In this document: positions 9,651 through 18,968 of the stretch, piece after piece
How positions within the stretch are numbered: position 1 is the first letter of the stretch
How the letters are laid out: each line of letters opens with the position of its first letter
Assembly (NCBI GenBank): GCA_013343275.1
Contig: CP046106.1
Location: 288,001 to 352,000, forward strand
DNA from: Candidatus Nanohaloarchaea archaeon
GTDB taxonomy: Archaea > Nanohalarchaeota > Nanosalinia > Nanosalinales > Nanosalinaceae
Direction: 5' to 3'
Length of the DNA stretch: 64,000 nt
The notes under the pieces: model-generated
The model's database searches: none
Seen by the model: only the letters and a program-made list of their open reading frames with translations
What the model was told of the DNA's origin: nothing
Position numbers and translations under genes: made by a program

Positions 9651-10327
9651 GATTCCAGCACGACAACCTCGCTGCTGGTCTCCTCCTCTACATCTTCTTT
9701 AAACCTTTCAGTGTCCGCAGTAGTCTGCTCTACAGTACCGAAGTGGATCGGAACAACCTTTTTCGGATGGAACTTCTTAACGGCCTCGACAGCTTCATCC
9801 TGATCCATAGTGTAGTGCCCTCCGACAGGAAGGAACGCCACATCTATATCGCTAGGTAAGTCCTCCATCTCATCTATCGGATCGGTATCCGAGGCATGGT
9901 AGAACTTTGTACCATCCATCTCGAAGATCACACCGGTACAGAAGCCTTCAGGGTGGAAAGGCTGGCCTGGCTCCCTGAACTTGTCAACGTTGTAAGCAGG
10001 AACACCTCTAACTCTGAGGCCTTTCGCCTTCACTGATGAACCTGGCTGAAGCACTTTGTAGCTCAGGTCTTCAGGAACCTCTTCCTCCGACTCCTCGGTA
10101 CACACCAGCACAGTATCTCTCTTCTTGAGACTCTGTATCATCTTCTTGTCGAAGTGATCGAAGTGGTCATGCGTCGAGATAATCACGTCAGCTTCCTCGT
10201 GCTCGCCGCTCATGACATCGCTCCAGGGATCGATGTACACGGTTTTACCATCGGAGTCAGTAAGTTTTACAGAGGCATGTCCCAGCCATTCAACGTCGAC
10301 AGAGCCGAAGCTTGTAGAATTATTCAT
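9647..10327 (-). CDS. MBL-fold metallo-hydrolase (UlaG/Lactamase_B_3-like)
   Basis: WLGHAS, IDP, THDHFDH, SDT and PIHFG motifs. Confidence 0.9.
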   Translation of the reverse strand: MNNSTSFGSVDVEWLGHASVKLTDSDGKTVYIDPWSDVMSGEHEEADVIISTHDHFDHFDKKMIQSLKKRDTVLVCTEESEEEVPEDLSYKVLQPGSSVKAKGLRVRGVPAYNVDKFREPGQPFHPEGFCTGVIFEMDGTKFYHASDTDPIDEMEDLPSDIDVAFLPVGGHYTMDQDEAVEAVKKFHPKKVVPIHFGTVEQTTADTERFKEDVEEETSSEVVVLES

Positions 10328-10369
10328 TACAGTTTCACCAGTAGAACATTAGGTCTCAAAAGACTTCAA

Positions 10370-11011
10370 TCATTCGGTATCCATAATCCTGCATTCCAGA
10401 TTCCTTCTCTCCAGCTCTGCCTTAAACCCACGCAGGTCGATATCCTTGTCGTCGAAGAAAGGCTCGCCGTAATGGTAAGGAACTGTAACCTTTGGCTTGA
10501 TCTTCACCGCCATACTGGAGGCCTCATCAATATCCATAGTGTACTCTCCCTCAACCGGAAGGAAAGCATAGTCAACACGGCCTTCAAGATCCATAACCTC
10601 GTCGAAAAGCCCTGTGTCACCTGCAACGTAGAAACTGGTGTCAGCCATTACAAAACGGTAGCCAAGACCCTGACCTCTCTCGTGGTACTCGTTACACATA
10701 GGAACTCCCTCGATCTCGACATTGTAGATATCGATTCTCTCGCCGACACCCAGGTACTCAACATCGTTGACAGGTACTTCAACATCCTTCATAGCATCCG
10801 GCAACAGTAGAACAGTGCGTGAAGTGGAGATCTCATCGATAATATCTGGGTCGAAATGGCCTGAATCCTGATGAGTTACAAGAATGATATCAGCCTCGAA
10901 ATCAGGGGATACACGTGAATAAGGATCGACAGCAACAGTAAAGCCGTTATCAGCTACACGGACAGAAGCATGTCCATCCCAGAAAATCTCCAGGCCATCG
11001 TCCTCTATCAA
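10370..11011 (-). CDS. MBL-fold metallo-hydrolase paralog with altered metal motif
   Basis: WDGHAS, VDP, THQDSGH, GDT and PYHYG motifs. Confidence 0.85.
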   Translation of the reverse strand: MIEDDGLEIFWDGHASVRVADNGFTVAVDPYSRVSPDFEADIILVTHQDSGHFDPDIIDEISTSRTVLLLPDAMKDVEVPVNDVEYLGVGERIDIYNVEIEGVPMCNEYHERGQGLGYRFVMADTSFYVAGDTGLFDEVMDLEGRVDYAFLPVEGEYTMDIDEASSMAVKIKPKVTVPYHYGEPFFDDKDIDLRGFKAELERRNLECRIMDTE

Positions 11012-11142
11012 AGATTTATACCCCTCAAAAAACTCTGCCGGGCCCGACGTTTAAATCCATTCCGCCGACACAAGGCCCGTAGACAATTCCTATTAAAAGA
11101 CTTAACCATCAGTAATTCTTTACACAGGTTACCAATTCTCAT

Positions 11143-11225
11143 GCGGGGGTAACCAAGTGGCCAAAGGTGCAGGATTTAGGCTCCTGTCCGTTAGCGGTTC
11201 GCAGGTTCAAATCCTGTCCCCCGCA
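11143..11225 (+). tRNA. tRNA-Leu(TAG)
   Basis: GCGGGGG/TCCCCCGC acceptor region; CAGGA-TTTAGGC-TCCTG anticodon arm; long variable arm; GGTTCAAATCC. Confidence 0.95.
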
Positions 11226-11331
11226 TACTTTCCAAGTATGCTTTGAGAAGATTGTACTGATAATAGCCAGTTCTTGAGAGTACAGCACAAACTAGATTTG
11301 AGAAAAAAGAATAGGAGAAATTAGATTAAAT

Positions 11332-11427
11332 TTACTTGTGTTCTTCTTCAGCATGTTCCTCTAGTTCTTCTTCGGTGTCGAAGCTTGAACCGCAGGCCTT
11401 GCATACTTTGTCATCGTCGTCTCCCAT
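11332..11427 (-). CDS. 31-aa C2H2 zinc-finger microprotein (not in ORF track)
   Basis: MGDDDDKVCKACGSSFDTEEELEEHAEEEHK; CxxC-x12-H-x4-H; perfect GGAGGTGA Shine-Dalgarno upstream. Confidence 0.85.
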   Translation of the reverse strand: MGDDDDKVCKACGSSFDTEEELEEHAEEEHK

Positions 11428-11475
11428 AGTTTAATTCACCTCCTTTAGCTATTCTCTGATTTTCTATACCGGCAT

Positions 11476-11745
11476 CTAGTTTACTTCGCTGCCTTCTGCC
11501 CATGTCTTCAGTTTTTCGAAGTCAGCTTCGCCACAGATCCATTCTTCAGATTCTGTGTTGTAGAAGAAAGGTACTCCACCGCACTTTCCGTTGTCAAATT
11601 CTTGCTGTTTTTCAGCATTTTCCTTGTTGTTCCAGACTTCCAGCTGTTCGACTTCAACATCTTCTTCGTCCTCTAGTTTCTCAACTTTTGGCGCCATTTT
11701 CTCACAGTGTGGGCAGCCGTCGCCGTAGAACTCGTATAACGTCAT
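11476..11745 (-). CDS. Thioredoxin/glutaredoxin-like protein
   Basis: EFYGDGCPHC and GVP cis-Pro motif; ATG at 11745. Confidence 0.9.
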   Translation of the reverse strand: MTLYEFYGDGCPHCEKMAPKVEKLEDEEDVEVEQLEVWNNKENAEKQQEFDNGKCGGVPFFYNTESEEWICGEADFEKLKTWAEGSEVN

Positions 11746-11800
11746 AGGTATTATACAGAATTTTTTGGTTATTAAACAGGTGCTTACTTCAGCGAAAGCT

Positions 11801-12148
11801 CTACAGCTTCGAGGCGTTTTCCTGCCCCCATTCAAACATTGGGTTGATAACTTCGTGAAGCGATCGCCCAACTTCTGTCAATGAGTACTCGACCTCTTTC
11901 GGCCTCTTGCTTATAACCTCCTTCTGCACAACACCTTTGTCGCAAAGATCTTCCAGACTGTCGGACAGTACTTTATCAGAGATGTGATGTACTTCTCTCT
12001 GAAGTTCATTGAACCCCATCGGTTCCTGCAGAAGCCTGTGGATTATAACAGGATGCCATTTCCGGCTCAGTAGCTCCGCTGTAACTGTTACAGGACACCA
12101 TTCCTGTGTCTCACACCATTCAGGCATATCTTGTTTACTCATGTTCAT
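11801..12148 (-). CDS. HxlR-family wHTH regulator
   Basis: CPV...KWH..I; ISDKVLSDSL; VEYSLT..G. Confidence 0.92.
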   Translation of the reverse strand: MNMSKQDMPEWCETQEWCPVTVTAELLSRKWHPVIIHRLLQEPMGFNELQREVHHISDKVLSDSLEDLCDKGVVQKEVISKRPKEVEYSLTEVGRSLHEVINPMFEWGQENASKL

Positions 12149-12309
12149 CCACTTCGTTCCATAGACTTCCTGGTTATCTCAGAGTTGCACATTCCTTCTT
12201 CCCTGCAGTATTTCTCACATCTTTCAGCCAGTTCCTCTTTTCTGTAGTGCATACCGCATTCTTCGCACATGTAGGCCTTCTCGCCGTCGTACTCTGTTGT
12301 AGTTGTCAT
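12145..12309 (-). CDS. 54-aa Cys-rich zinc-finger-like protein (not in ORF track)
   Basis: MTTTTEYDGEKAYMCEECGMHYRKEELAERCEKYCREEGMCNSEITRKSMERSG; stop overlaps the HxlR start (ATGA). Confidence 0.8.
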   Translation of the reverse strand: MTTTTEYDGEKAYMCEECGMHYRKEELAERCEKYCREEGMCNSEITRKSMERSG

Positions 12310-12344
12310 ATTATGGAAACCTCGATTCTTTCTGTACCATGATT

Positions 12345-13709
12345 CTAGAGCTGGTTGAAAGCTCTCTGCACAACCTCATTCAAAGCCGGGTGGATGTGGA
12401 TAGTGTCTTTGATATCATCCACGGTTCCGGTTCCTGCCTTCATAGCTACAAGAACTTCGTGGATCTGCTGTGAGGCGTGAGGCCCGATGATGTGGCAGCC
12501 CAGGATTTCTCCGTCTTCAGATGCGAGCACTTTCACGAATCCGTCTTCCTCCTTCAGTGCCATACCCATACCTGTGTCAGCGTAATCGTAGGTGGCAGAA
12601 ACGTACTCCACATCCTCTTCTTCCAGCTCCTGTTCCGTCTTCCCGACTCCTGCTATCTGTGGAGAGGTGAATACTGCGTGAGGCATTCCCGGATAGTCTA
12701 CATCGTACTGGTCTCCGGTCACGATGTTCTTGAAGACAATCTCTGCTTCATGGTTTGCGGAGTGTTTGAACATCCAGTTATCGGCGATGTCTCCCAGAGC
12801 ATAGATTCCATCGATACTTGTCCGCATCTTTTCATCTGTTTTGACGAAGCCTCGCTCTGTGGTTTCTATACCTGCTTCCTCGACTTTAAGCGAGTCTGTG
12901 TTCGGTACTCTTCCCGTGGCGAAAAGTATTTCGTCTCCGGCGAACTCTACTTTTTCTCCTTCGCTGTCCTCGGCTATAACCTTTTTCCGGCCTCCTTCCT
13001 CTCTTATCTCGGTTGCCGAGACTTCCAGTTCCACGTTGTATCTATTCTTTGCGATCTCCGTGATCTTCTCAGATATCTCTCTGTCCTCTCTTTCCAGAAC
13101 CTTCTCTCCCATCTCCAGTACTGTGACCTCTGTCCCCATGGCGTCGTAGAAGTGGGCCAGTTCAAGCGAGATATAGCCTCCTCCAACCATGATCAGTTCA
13201 TCAGGCTGGTAATCCGGGTTCAGTGCGTCGGTGGAGACCCAGTAATCGACTTCATCGGTGCCATCGATAGGAGGTACGAAAGGCCTTGAACCTGCTGCAA
13301 CAACTATAGTATCGGAGATTATCTTTTCCCCACTCTCCTTCAGCTCGATAATTTTCTCATCGACAAACCGGGCCTCTTGCCTGTAGAGAGTGTGTCTGCT
13401 GGAGTTTCTCAGGCCTTCTTCAATGTTTTCGGAGTCGCTGTGGACTTCGTGGTTTACCTCTTCGATTATATCATTGAAATCTACTTCCTCAAGTTCTGCG
13501 TGGAGGCCGAACTTCTCCGAGTCCCTGATGTCTTCCGCCAGGTCCGCTCGGTGTATCAGCATTTTGGAGGGTATGCAGCCTCTGTTCAGGCAGGTGCCTC
13601 CCAGCCTTCCCGGCTCTACTACTGCTACGTCCTTCCCCTTGTTTGCGATCCCTGAGGCTATATCCAGCCCGGAACCTGAACCAATTACGATCAGGTCGAA
13701 TTCTTTCAT
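12345..13709 (-). CDS. Pyridine nucleotide-disulfide oxidoreductase (dihydrolipoamide dehydrogenase/mycothione reductase-like)
   Basis: GSGSG FAD motif, GGTCLNRGCIPSK, GGGYIS and IHIHPALNE. Confidence 0.93.
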   Translation of the reverse strand: MKEFDLIVIGSGSGLDIASGIANKGKDVAVVEPGRLGGTCLNRGCIPSKMLIHRADLAEDIRDSEKFGLHAELEEVDFNDIIEEVNHEVHSDSENIEEGLRNSSRHTLYRQEARFVDEKIIELKESGEKIISDTIVVAAGSRPFVPPIDGTDEVDYWVSTDALNPDYQPDELIMVGGGYISLELAHFYDAMGTEVTVLEMGEKVLEREDREISEKITEIAKNRYNVELEVSATEIREEGGRKKVIAEDSEGEKVEFAGDEILFATGRVPNTDSLKVEEAGIETTERGFVKTDEKMRTSIDGIYALGDIADNWMFKHSANHEAEIVFKNIVTGDQYDVDYPGMPHAVFTSPQIAGVGKTEQELEEEDVEYVSATYDYADTGMGMALKEEDGFVKVLASEDGEILGCHIIGPHASQQIHEVLVAMKAGTGTVDDIKDTIHIHPALNEVVQRAFNQL

Positions 13710-13748
13710 AGTATTAATTAGATAATTTTTCTTCGTTAAATTTTTCGT

Positions 13749-16538
13749 CTAGGAATTACCGATGAACGGATTTTCTATACTGAATATGCGGCCTTCGTTG
13801 TCAGAAACACCGTAGAACTGGTAGTATCCTTGCATCTTCTCGGTATCTGCCTTCAGAATATTTTCTAAGGTTCTTCCAAGATCTCTGTGGCTCCAGTAGA
13901 GGCCGGAATAGTAGGGCTCCCCCTCAAGTTCTTTCTTGTCATCTGGATTTACTCCTCCGATCCTGATGCTGACTCCGATATCGAAGTCTCCGTTTTCAAC
14001 TGACTCTCTGGTCCTGTGTTCGGTTTCTACCTTTGATTCTCCGTAAGGACTGTCTGGTTCTTCCGAACGAGGGTCAAGAAGCTTCCCAGGATCCTGTTTT
14101 CTCATTTCATAACCGTCTTCAGGATCGATACTGCTTCTGTAAGGTTCTGGAGTATCTTCCAGACTTGCTTCTGCAGTGTAGGCAGGAATATTTCCTGTTC
14201 CTGCATGAATTGAAGACCCGTTGATGAATATCGGTACTCCTGCTTCTTTTGAAGCTTCTAGTGTATTCTCGAACATCTCCATGTTGCCTTCCCATTTCTT
14301 GCCGGTGTCGAAGTTCTCCTGCTGCGTATTCCAGGCCAGATGGAAAACTGCATCTACATCACCCATTAAGTCCCGGAGCTTGTCAATATTCTCATCATCT
14401 GTCAAGTCCAGCATGTGTATCTTGGTGTAGCATGCTTCATCGCACTGCTGTAATCCAACACCTATTACCTCGTATCCGTGGTTCACTAGGTATCTGCCTG
14501 CGGCCTCGCCTACAGTGCCTTCAGCACCTGTGATCAAGATTCTCTTTGTCTCACTACCGGTTACTTCCTCCTTTTTCTCCGAGTACTTCAGAGCAGTCTC
14601 GATGAATGTAGTGTGTGACCAGGTTAGAGGACTGACAGACTTGCCATCCCCCGTGAAAGGATCGACCTGCTCTGGCAGCAGGCCTGTCTCCAGCGAATTC
14701 TCGCAAGTCCAGTGCATGTACTCCTTCGCCTCCTTCAGGTCTTTCACATTCTCTGCCGTCTCTATCAGGTGCTGCGCAACCCAGAGAGTGCAGATAATCC
14801 ACGGGTTTCCAGGAACCCGGTCAAAGTCGTCAGTGACATTATGATAGTAGTCGCCCTTGTATCGGGCGATACCGCCTATCCCTGTATCCGGCGACAAGTC
14901 GTGCTGGATCGCATTCATCGTGTTCCGGAAATACTCATCGTCTTCATCTACAAGGCCGAATCTTTCAAGGAAGAAAAGTGGTGCTGAAACCTCGTCCAGC
15001 TTTTCTCCGTCCGCAGCATTCTCTCCGAGACTGCTGCTTTGAGCAGCTTCCTCTTCAGAGGAAGATGCGTCCTCTATTCCTCTGACATATCTCTTGGTTT
15101 CCTCCGACTTCAGGTTTTCAAGCCCATCTTTCTTGATCTCTTCAGCTCTATCTAAGTATTTCTGTCCGTCTTCTCCAACTTCATCGGCTATCTCTCCAGC
15201 AGCTTTCAAACCCGCGTAAACCCCTGCTACAGTAAATGTCGAGATATAGTGTTTTTCCTCCCACAGATCGTAGCTTGGTCTCGGAAGAGAAAGTTCCTCA
15301 TCGAAGTACTCATGCATGAACTCAGCCGCTGGTTCTACCAGCGAACTCCATTTTTCCTCAAGTATTTCTTTGTTGTCTGTTTCTTCGTAGTATCTTTTGA
15401 GCGCCCAGATTACAAGCGCGGTCTCGTCCTCCTGTATCGGCAGCCGCTTGTTTCCTTCTTCATCTATCCATGAATGCCAGGAGCTTCCAAGAGACTTGTC
15501 GGGATTGTACTTGTGCATCATGTAGCCGTCGGAATGGATCACATCCTCGCAGAAGTCGAAGAACGGCTTCACTAAGTCAGGATAGCCTGCTTCTGTCATG
15601 ACCTCTGCGACTAGAGCCCCGTCACGCGGCCACATATAACCGTATTTATCCTGATTGTACTCCAGGTTCGATGAGTCGTTAGCCGCTGTGATAGCTCCGT
15701 TATCGTTTGTCTGTCCTCTTACAACCAGGACTGAACGCTTGAACTGTTCTGTGATATGGTGATCCAGTTTATCTATCCCTGCAGCTGTCTCTCCGATAAA
15801 TCCTCTCCAGCACATCTCTGTCTGCTCGAAGAAGTCCTCGATTCTTTCATCAACTTCTTCGTTAAGCTGCAACACCGAGTCAAGGTCTTTGCCTGTGTTG
15901 AGCCAGTAGTATATCTTCTCCGAGCTGTTCGCCCCAATCTGAACTTTGATGCTGATAGCTGACTGAACATTTCCCTGGGCTATTGAGTTACCGTTCAAGT
16001 TTCCTGACTCGATTTCTCCTGAAGGACTGTCTCTGTAGATTCCGTACTGCTCCAGATCGCCGCACTGGCCGTTCTGATGCTTGACTTCTGCCATCACATA
16101 CCGGTTTTTCTTGTAATGGATCATGCCAGAATGATCCGGATGGTAGAAACAGGTGTCCGCCATTCCTGTGCCGTAGAGGTCGAAGTCTTGATGGAAGAAT
16201 ATCTCGACTTCTCTACCATAGTCCTCCTCGTTCCTGACCTCGATTTCCCGGAGGAAGACGTTTTTCTCGCACTCTACTGTGTCTCTGAATGTCATTTCCA
16301 GGCCTTCCATCTCGTTTCTGGCTTTTGATTCTCCCAGAATTGTATCCTGTTTATACTCTGGGTTGGTGTCCCAGTTCTCAATCCATGAGAAGCCGTTGGC
16401 CTGTACACCTATCCGGTGTTTTCTCCCCTGGACGTGATTCTCCTGTCCTGCATACGGAAAATAGAGGTCTCGCAACCTGAGCGAGTCATCCAGGTTCACC
16501 AGCAGGGAACCGTTTCCCAGGGAAAGATGTCTTACCAT
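13749..16538 (-). CDS. GH15 glucoamylase-like protein fused to a C-terminal NAD-dependent epimerase/dehydratase domain
   Basis: YMWPRDG, QEDE, DLWEE, LPEQ and PLTWSH GH15 motifs; then ILITGAEGTVG, HLAW and YGESK extended-SDR motifs. Confidence 0.9.
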   Translation of the reverse strand: MVRHLSLGNGSLLVNLDDSLRLRDLYFPYAGQENHVQGRKHRIGVQANGFSWIENWDTNPEYKQDTILGESKARNEMEGLEMTFRDTVECEKNVFLREIEVRNEEDYGREVEIFFHQDFDLYGTGMADTCFYHPDHSGMIHYKKNRYVMAEVKHQNGQCGDLEQYGIYRDSPSGEIESGNLNGNSIAQGNVQSAISIKVQIGANSSEKIYYWLNTGKDLDSVLQLNEEVDERIEDFFEQTEMCWRGFIGETAAGIDKLDHHITEQFKRSVLVVRGQTNDNGAITAANDSSNLEYNQDKYGYMWPRDGALVAEVMTEAGYPDLVKPFFDFCEDVIHSDGYMMHKYNPDKSLGSSWHSWIDEEGNKRLPIQEDETALVIWALKRYYEETDNKEILEEKWSSLVEPAAEFMHEYFDEELSLPRPSYDLWEEKHYISTFTVAGVYAGLKAAGEIADEVGEDGQKYLDRAEEIKKDGLENLKSEETKRYVRGIEDASSSEEEAAQSSSLGENAADGEKLDEVSAPLFFLERFGLVDEDDEYFRNTMNAIQHDLSPDTGIGGIARYKGDYYHNVTDDFDRVPGNPWIICTLWVAQHLIETAENVKDLKEAKEYMHWTCENSLETGLLPEQVDPFTGDGKSVSPLTWSHTTFIETALKYSEKKEEVTGSETKRILITGAEGTVGEAAGRYLVNHGYEVIGVGLQQCDEACYTKIHMLDLTDDENIDKLRDLMGDVDAVFHLAWNTQQENFDTGKKWEGNMEMFENTLEASKEAGVPIFINGSSIHAGTGNIPAYTAEASLEDTPEPYRSSIDPEDGYEMRKQDPGKLLDPRSEEPDSPYGESKVETEHRTRESVENGDFDIGVSIRIGGVNPDDKKELEGEPYYSGLYWSHRDLGRTLENILKADTEKMQGYYQFYGVSDNEGRIFSIENPFIGNS

Positions 16539-16630
16539 GTTGGAATCTTAAGTTTCTCTGGCTTTTATTGGGGTTGCTTACTTCAAGCTCAGTTAACCCT
16601 TTTTTATCGAATCAGTTCAAAACACAGGTT

Positions 16631-16978
16631 ATGCCAGAAGAACTTTCTTCAAAGGTCTGCAGTGCTTGCAGCGGCGACGAGGATCCTCTAAAAGCAACTG
16701 AATCTGTCGAGAAGATGGAAGAACTGGATGACAGGTGGGAGCTTGAAGACAACCATCATATACAGAGGAAGTTCAAGTTCGAAGACTTCCAGGAAGCACT
16801 GGACTTCGTGAACAAAGTCGGAGAAATTGCTGAAGAACAGGGACACCACCCGGTAATCAACGACTTCACATGGGGAAGGGCCACAGTCAAGTTGTACACC
16901 CACAAGATCGACGGACTGCACGAAAACGACTTCATAATGGCAGCAAAGATAGATGAAATGCACGAAGAATACTTCTAG
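16631..16978 (+). CDS. Pterin-4a-carbinolamine dehydratase
   Basis: C..C, FEDFQEALDFVN, EQGHHP and THKIDGLHENDFIMAAKID. Confidence 0.95.
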   Translation: MPEELSSKVCSACSGDEDPLKATESVEKMEELDDRWELEDNHHIQRKFKFEDFQEALDFVNKVGEIAEEQGHHPVINDFTWGRATVKLYTHKIDGLHENDFIMAAKIDEMHEEYF

Positions 16979-17011
16979 GAGGCCTTAATAGTTCAAAGCT
17001 CCGATACAGGG

Positions 17012-17545
17012 TCAGAAATCTGTACGGTCAGGGATATCTATATTCAGGTCATCGGGCAGGGTATCAGGAGAGGGCGAAGGCTCCTCCAGAGAAGGGGCGG
17101 AAACTGTAGAGGTATCGGATCTCATGGTTGGTCGGCTGAAAGGGATCTCAAACCGGATATTATCGGTCTGGATATCTGATGGCTCGGCCTCAACTTCAGG
17201 CTGATTTATCTTAAGCAGTGTATGATCGATATCAGGTACGAGCACATCTCCATGGTAGGCCCGGAAGTCTTCCCTGTACATCCCTGCGGCATATCTCTCG
17301 AAATCTCCTGCTACAGCAAGGACCACCTGATCGCCTTGAGCAATTTCCGTATTCATAAGCAGTGAGTCCAGTGTCTCATCGGTAGGATAGACCTGAGGTT
17401 CCTCGTAGACTTCTTCGAAGAGATCGTCAACCCTTTGAACTCTTTCCTCAAAGTAGTCTCTGCCACTGCCGTAGTTCGGTACAGAGTCCTTCTCCTCGAA
17501 GAGACTTATGTCATCCAGGTTTTCATAATGGTCTTTCATAGTCAT
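17012..17545 (-). CDS. Hypothetical acidic protein
   Basis: 177-aa ORF with Pro-rich C-terminus. Confidence 0.65.
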   Translation of the reverse strand: MTMKDHYENLDDISLFEEKDSVPNYGSGRDYFEERVQRVDDLFEEVYEEPQVYPTDETLDSLLMNTEIAQGDQVVLAVAGDFERYAAGMYREDFRAYHGDVLVPDIDHTLLKINQPEVEAEPSDIQTDNIRFEIPFSRPTMRSDTSTVSAPSLEEPSPSPDTLPDDLNIDIPDRTDF

Positions 17546-17577
17546 TGATTATCCCTCAAATATTAAGAATGAATATT

Positions 17578-18438
17578 CTAGAAATCTTCAGGCCTGTAAA
17601 CAACCTCTGAGCCGCTTTCAGCGACATCTATTTCATCCACAGGATCTATACCGTACTTGAGAAGGCCGTAAGCCCTGAACCTGTCTCTGGCCTTCTTGAA
17701 GTCGGCAACAACATCCTTGCCCTTGGCACCGCCAGAGGTAACGTTCTTCTCCTTGCTGGCCTCGTACTTGTTGTCCTTATTATTCAACGTAATCTCTCTC
17801 ATTACCTTGTCAAAACGGGACTTCAGGACATCTCTCTTGCCTTTATCGGCCTCAGAGTAGTTCCAGTCCTCCACCTGATCAGCTGCCCTGTTAAGAGCCC
17901 ATAGCTGCTGCTGGAAGTCAACTACCTTGTCAAACTTGGCCTTGTGCCTGGCAGGGTCAACGTCCACCCAGCCGTCCGTATCAGAGGAGTTCCTGTACTG
18001 AAGTTCGTCCTCAACAGTGTCGTACATCCATATAATGCCGTTACCGTCCTTTATGGCGGCCTGTCCCTGGTAGACACCGGCCAGGAAGTAGGTTAGCTCG
18101 TTGCCATCGTTCGACTCCAGGGTGACGCTGCCGTCCTGGTCAACACCAACCCTGTCAATACCGTGATAGCTATCGGTCATAACCGAGAAATCGTTCTCCA
18201 CCGAATCAAGGCCTGGCAGATTATCGAGCTCGAACTCGTCAGCGTTAACAAGTTCATATGCTGCTCCGTCATCGTCTTCCTCGCTGAACTCGTATACAAA
18301 ATCGCTGTCATCAACAGTTCTCTCCTCGACATCGCCCTCAAGGAGATCTTTGACCTCTGCCTCAAAATCTTCACGACTGTCCGGACGTTCATCTCCTTCC
18401 AGACGCGGTACAATAGATCTTTCAGCTCGTGCCGACAT
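17578..18438 (-). CDS. Hypothetical acidic protein
   Basis: ~286-aa ORF; ATG at 18438 preceded by GGAGG. Confidence 0.7.
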   Translation of the reverse strand: MSARAERSIVPRLEGDERPDSREDFEAEVKDLLEGDVEERTVDDSDFVYEFSEEDDDGAAYELVNADEFELDNLPGLDSVENDFSVMTDSYHGIDRVGVDQDGSVTLESNDGNELTYFLAGVYQGQAAIKDGNGIIWMYDTVEDELQYRNSSDTDGWVDVDPARHKAKFDKVVDFQQQLWALNRAADQVEDWNYSEADKGKRDVLKSRFDKVMREITLNNKDNKYEASKEKNVTSGGAKGKDVVADFKKARDRFRAYGLLKYGIDPVDEIDVAESGSEVVYRPEDF

Positions 18439-18647
18439 CAAAACCCAGACCTCCTGATATGTTGTTACTCATCGATGATTAAATACTTTGTGATAGAGTA
18501 CATCGAAAATTAGTAAACCCTGTATTTAACAGTTAAGCAAGCTATACCCGTAGCCGAAAGGCGAAAAGCAAACACATATCTAAGGAGAAACAACTTATAC
18601 CGCCTTTTTAACTGTTCTACGTCAATAAATGTTGAGCAGCACGGATA

Positions 18648-18968
18648 ATGGATACAGAAACAGTAATTTTCGGGAAATGGGACAACCACGGCAACAGCAA
18701 GAACCTCAGGCTTTCAGCACAGAACAGCCAGAAAGTAGACGAAGAAGTAGAACTGGTCTTCAAACACGGCAACAAACACGTACGCACAGTAGACGACATC
18801 GCCACACTCAAGAAAGTAATACAGTTCACAGCTAACCAGAAAGTAGAAGGCCTCACAATCGAAAAAGCCCACAAAGCAGTCAAACTATACAACAGCTACC
18901 ACAGAATAGACATGAACCCGGAAGAAGCCATCAAAGGCTGGAAACTAGCTGATAAGATAAAAGACTAG
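18648..18968 (+). CDS. Hypothetical protein
   Basis: 106-aa ORF convergent with the McrC-like gene. Confidence 0.6.
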   Translation: MDTETVIFGKWDNHGNSKNLRLSAQNSQKVDEEVELVFKHGNKHVRTVDDIATLKKVIQFTANQKVEGLTIEKAHKAVKLYNSYHRIDMNPEEAIKGWKLADKIKD

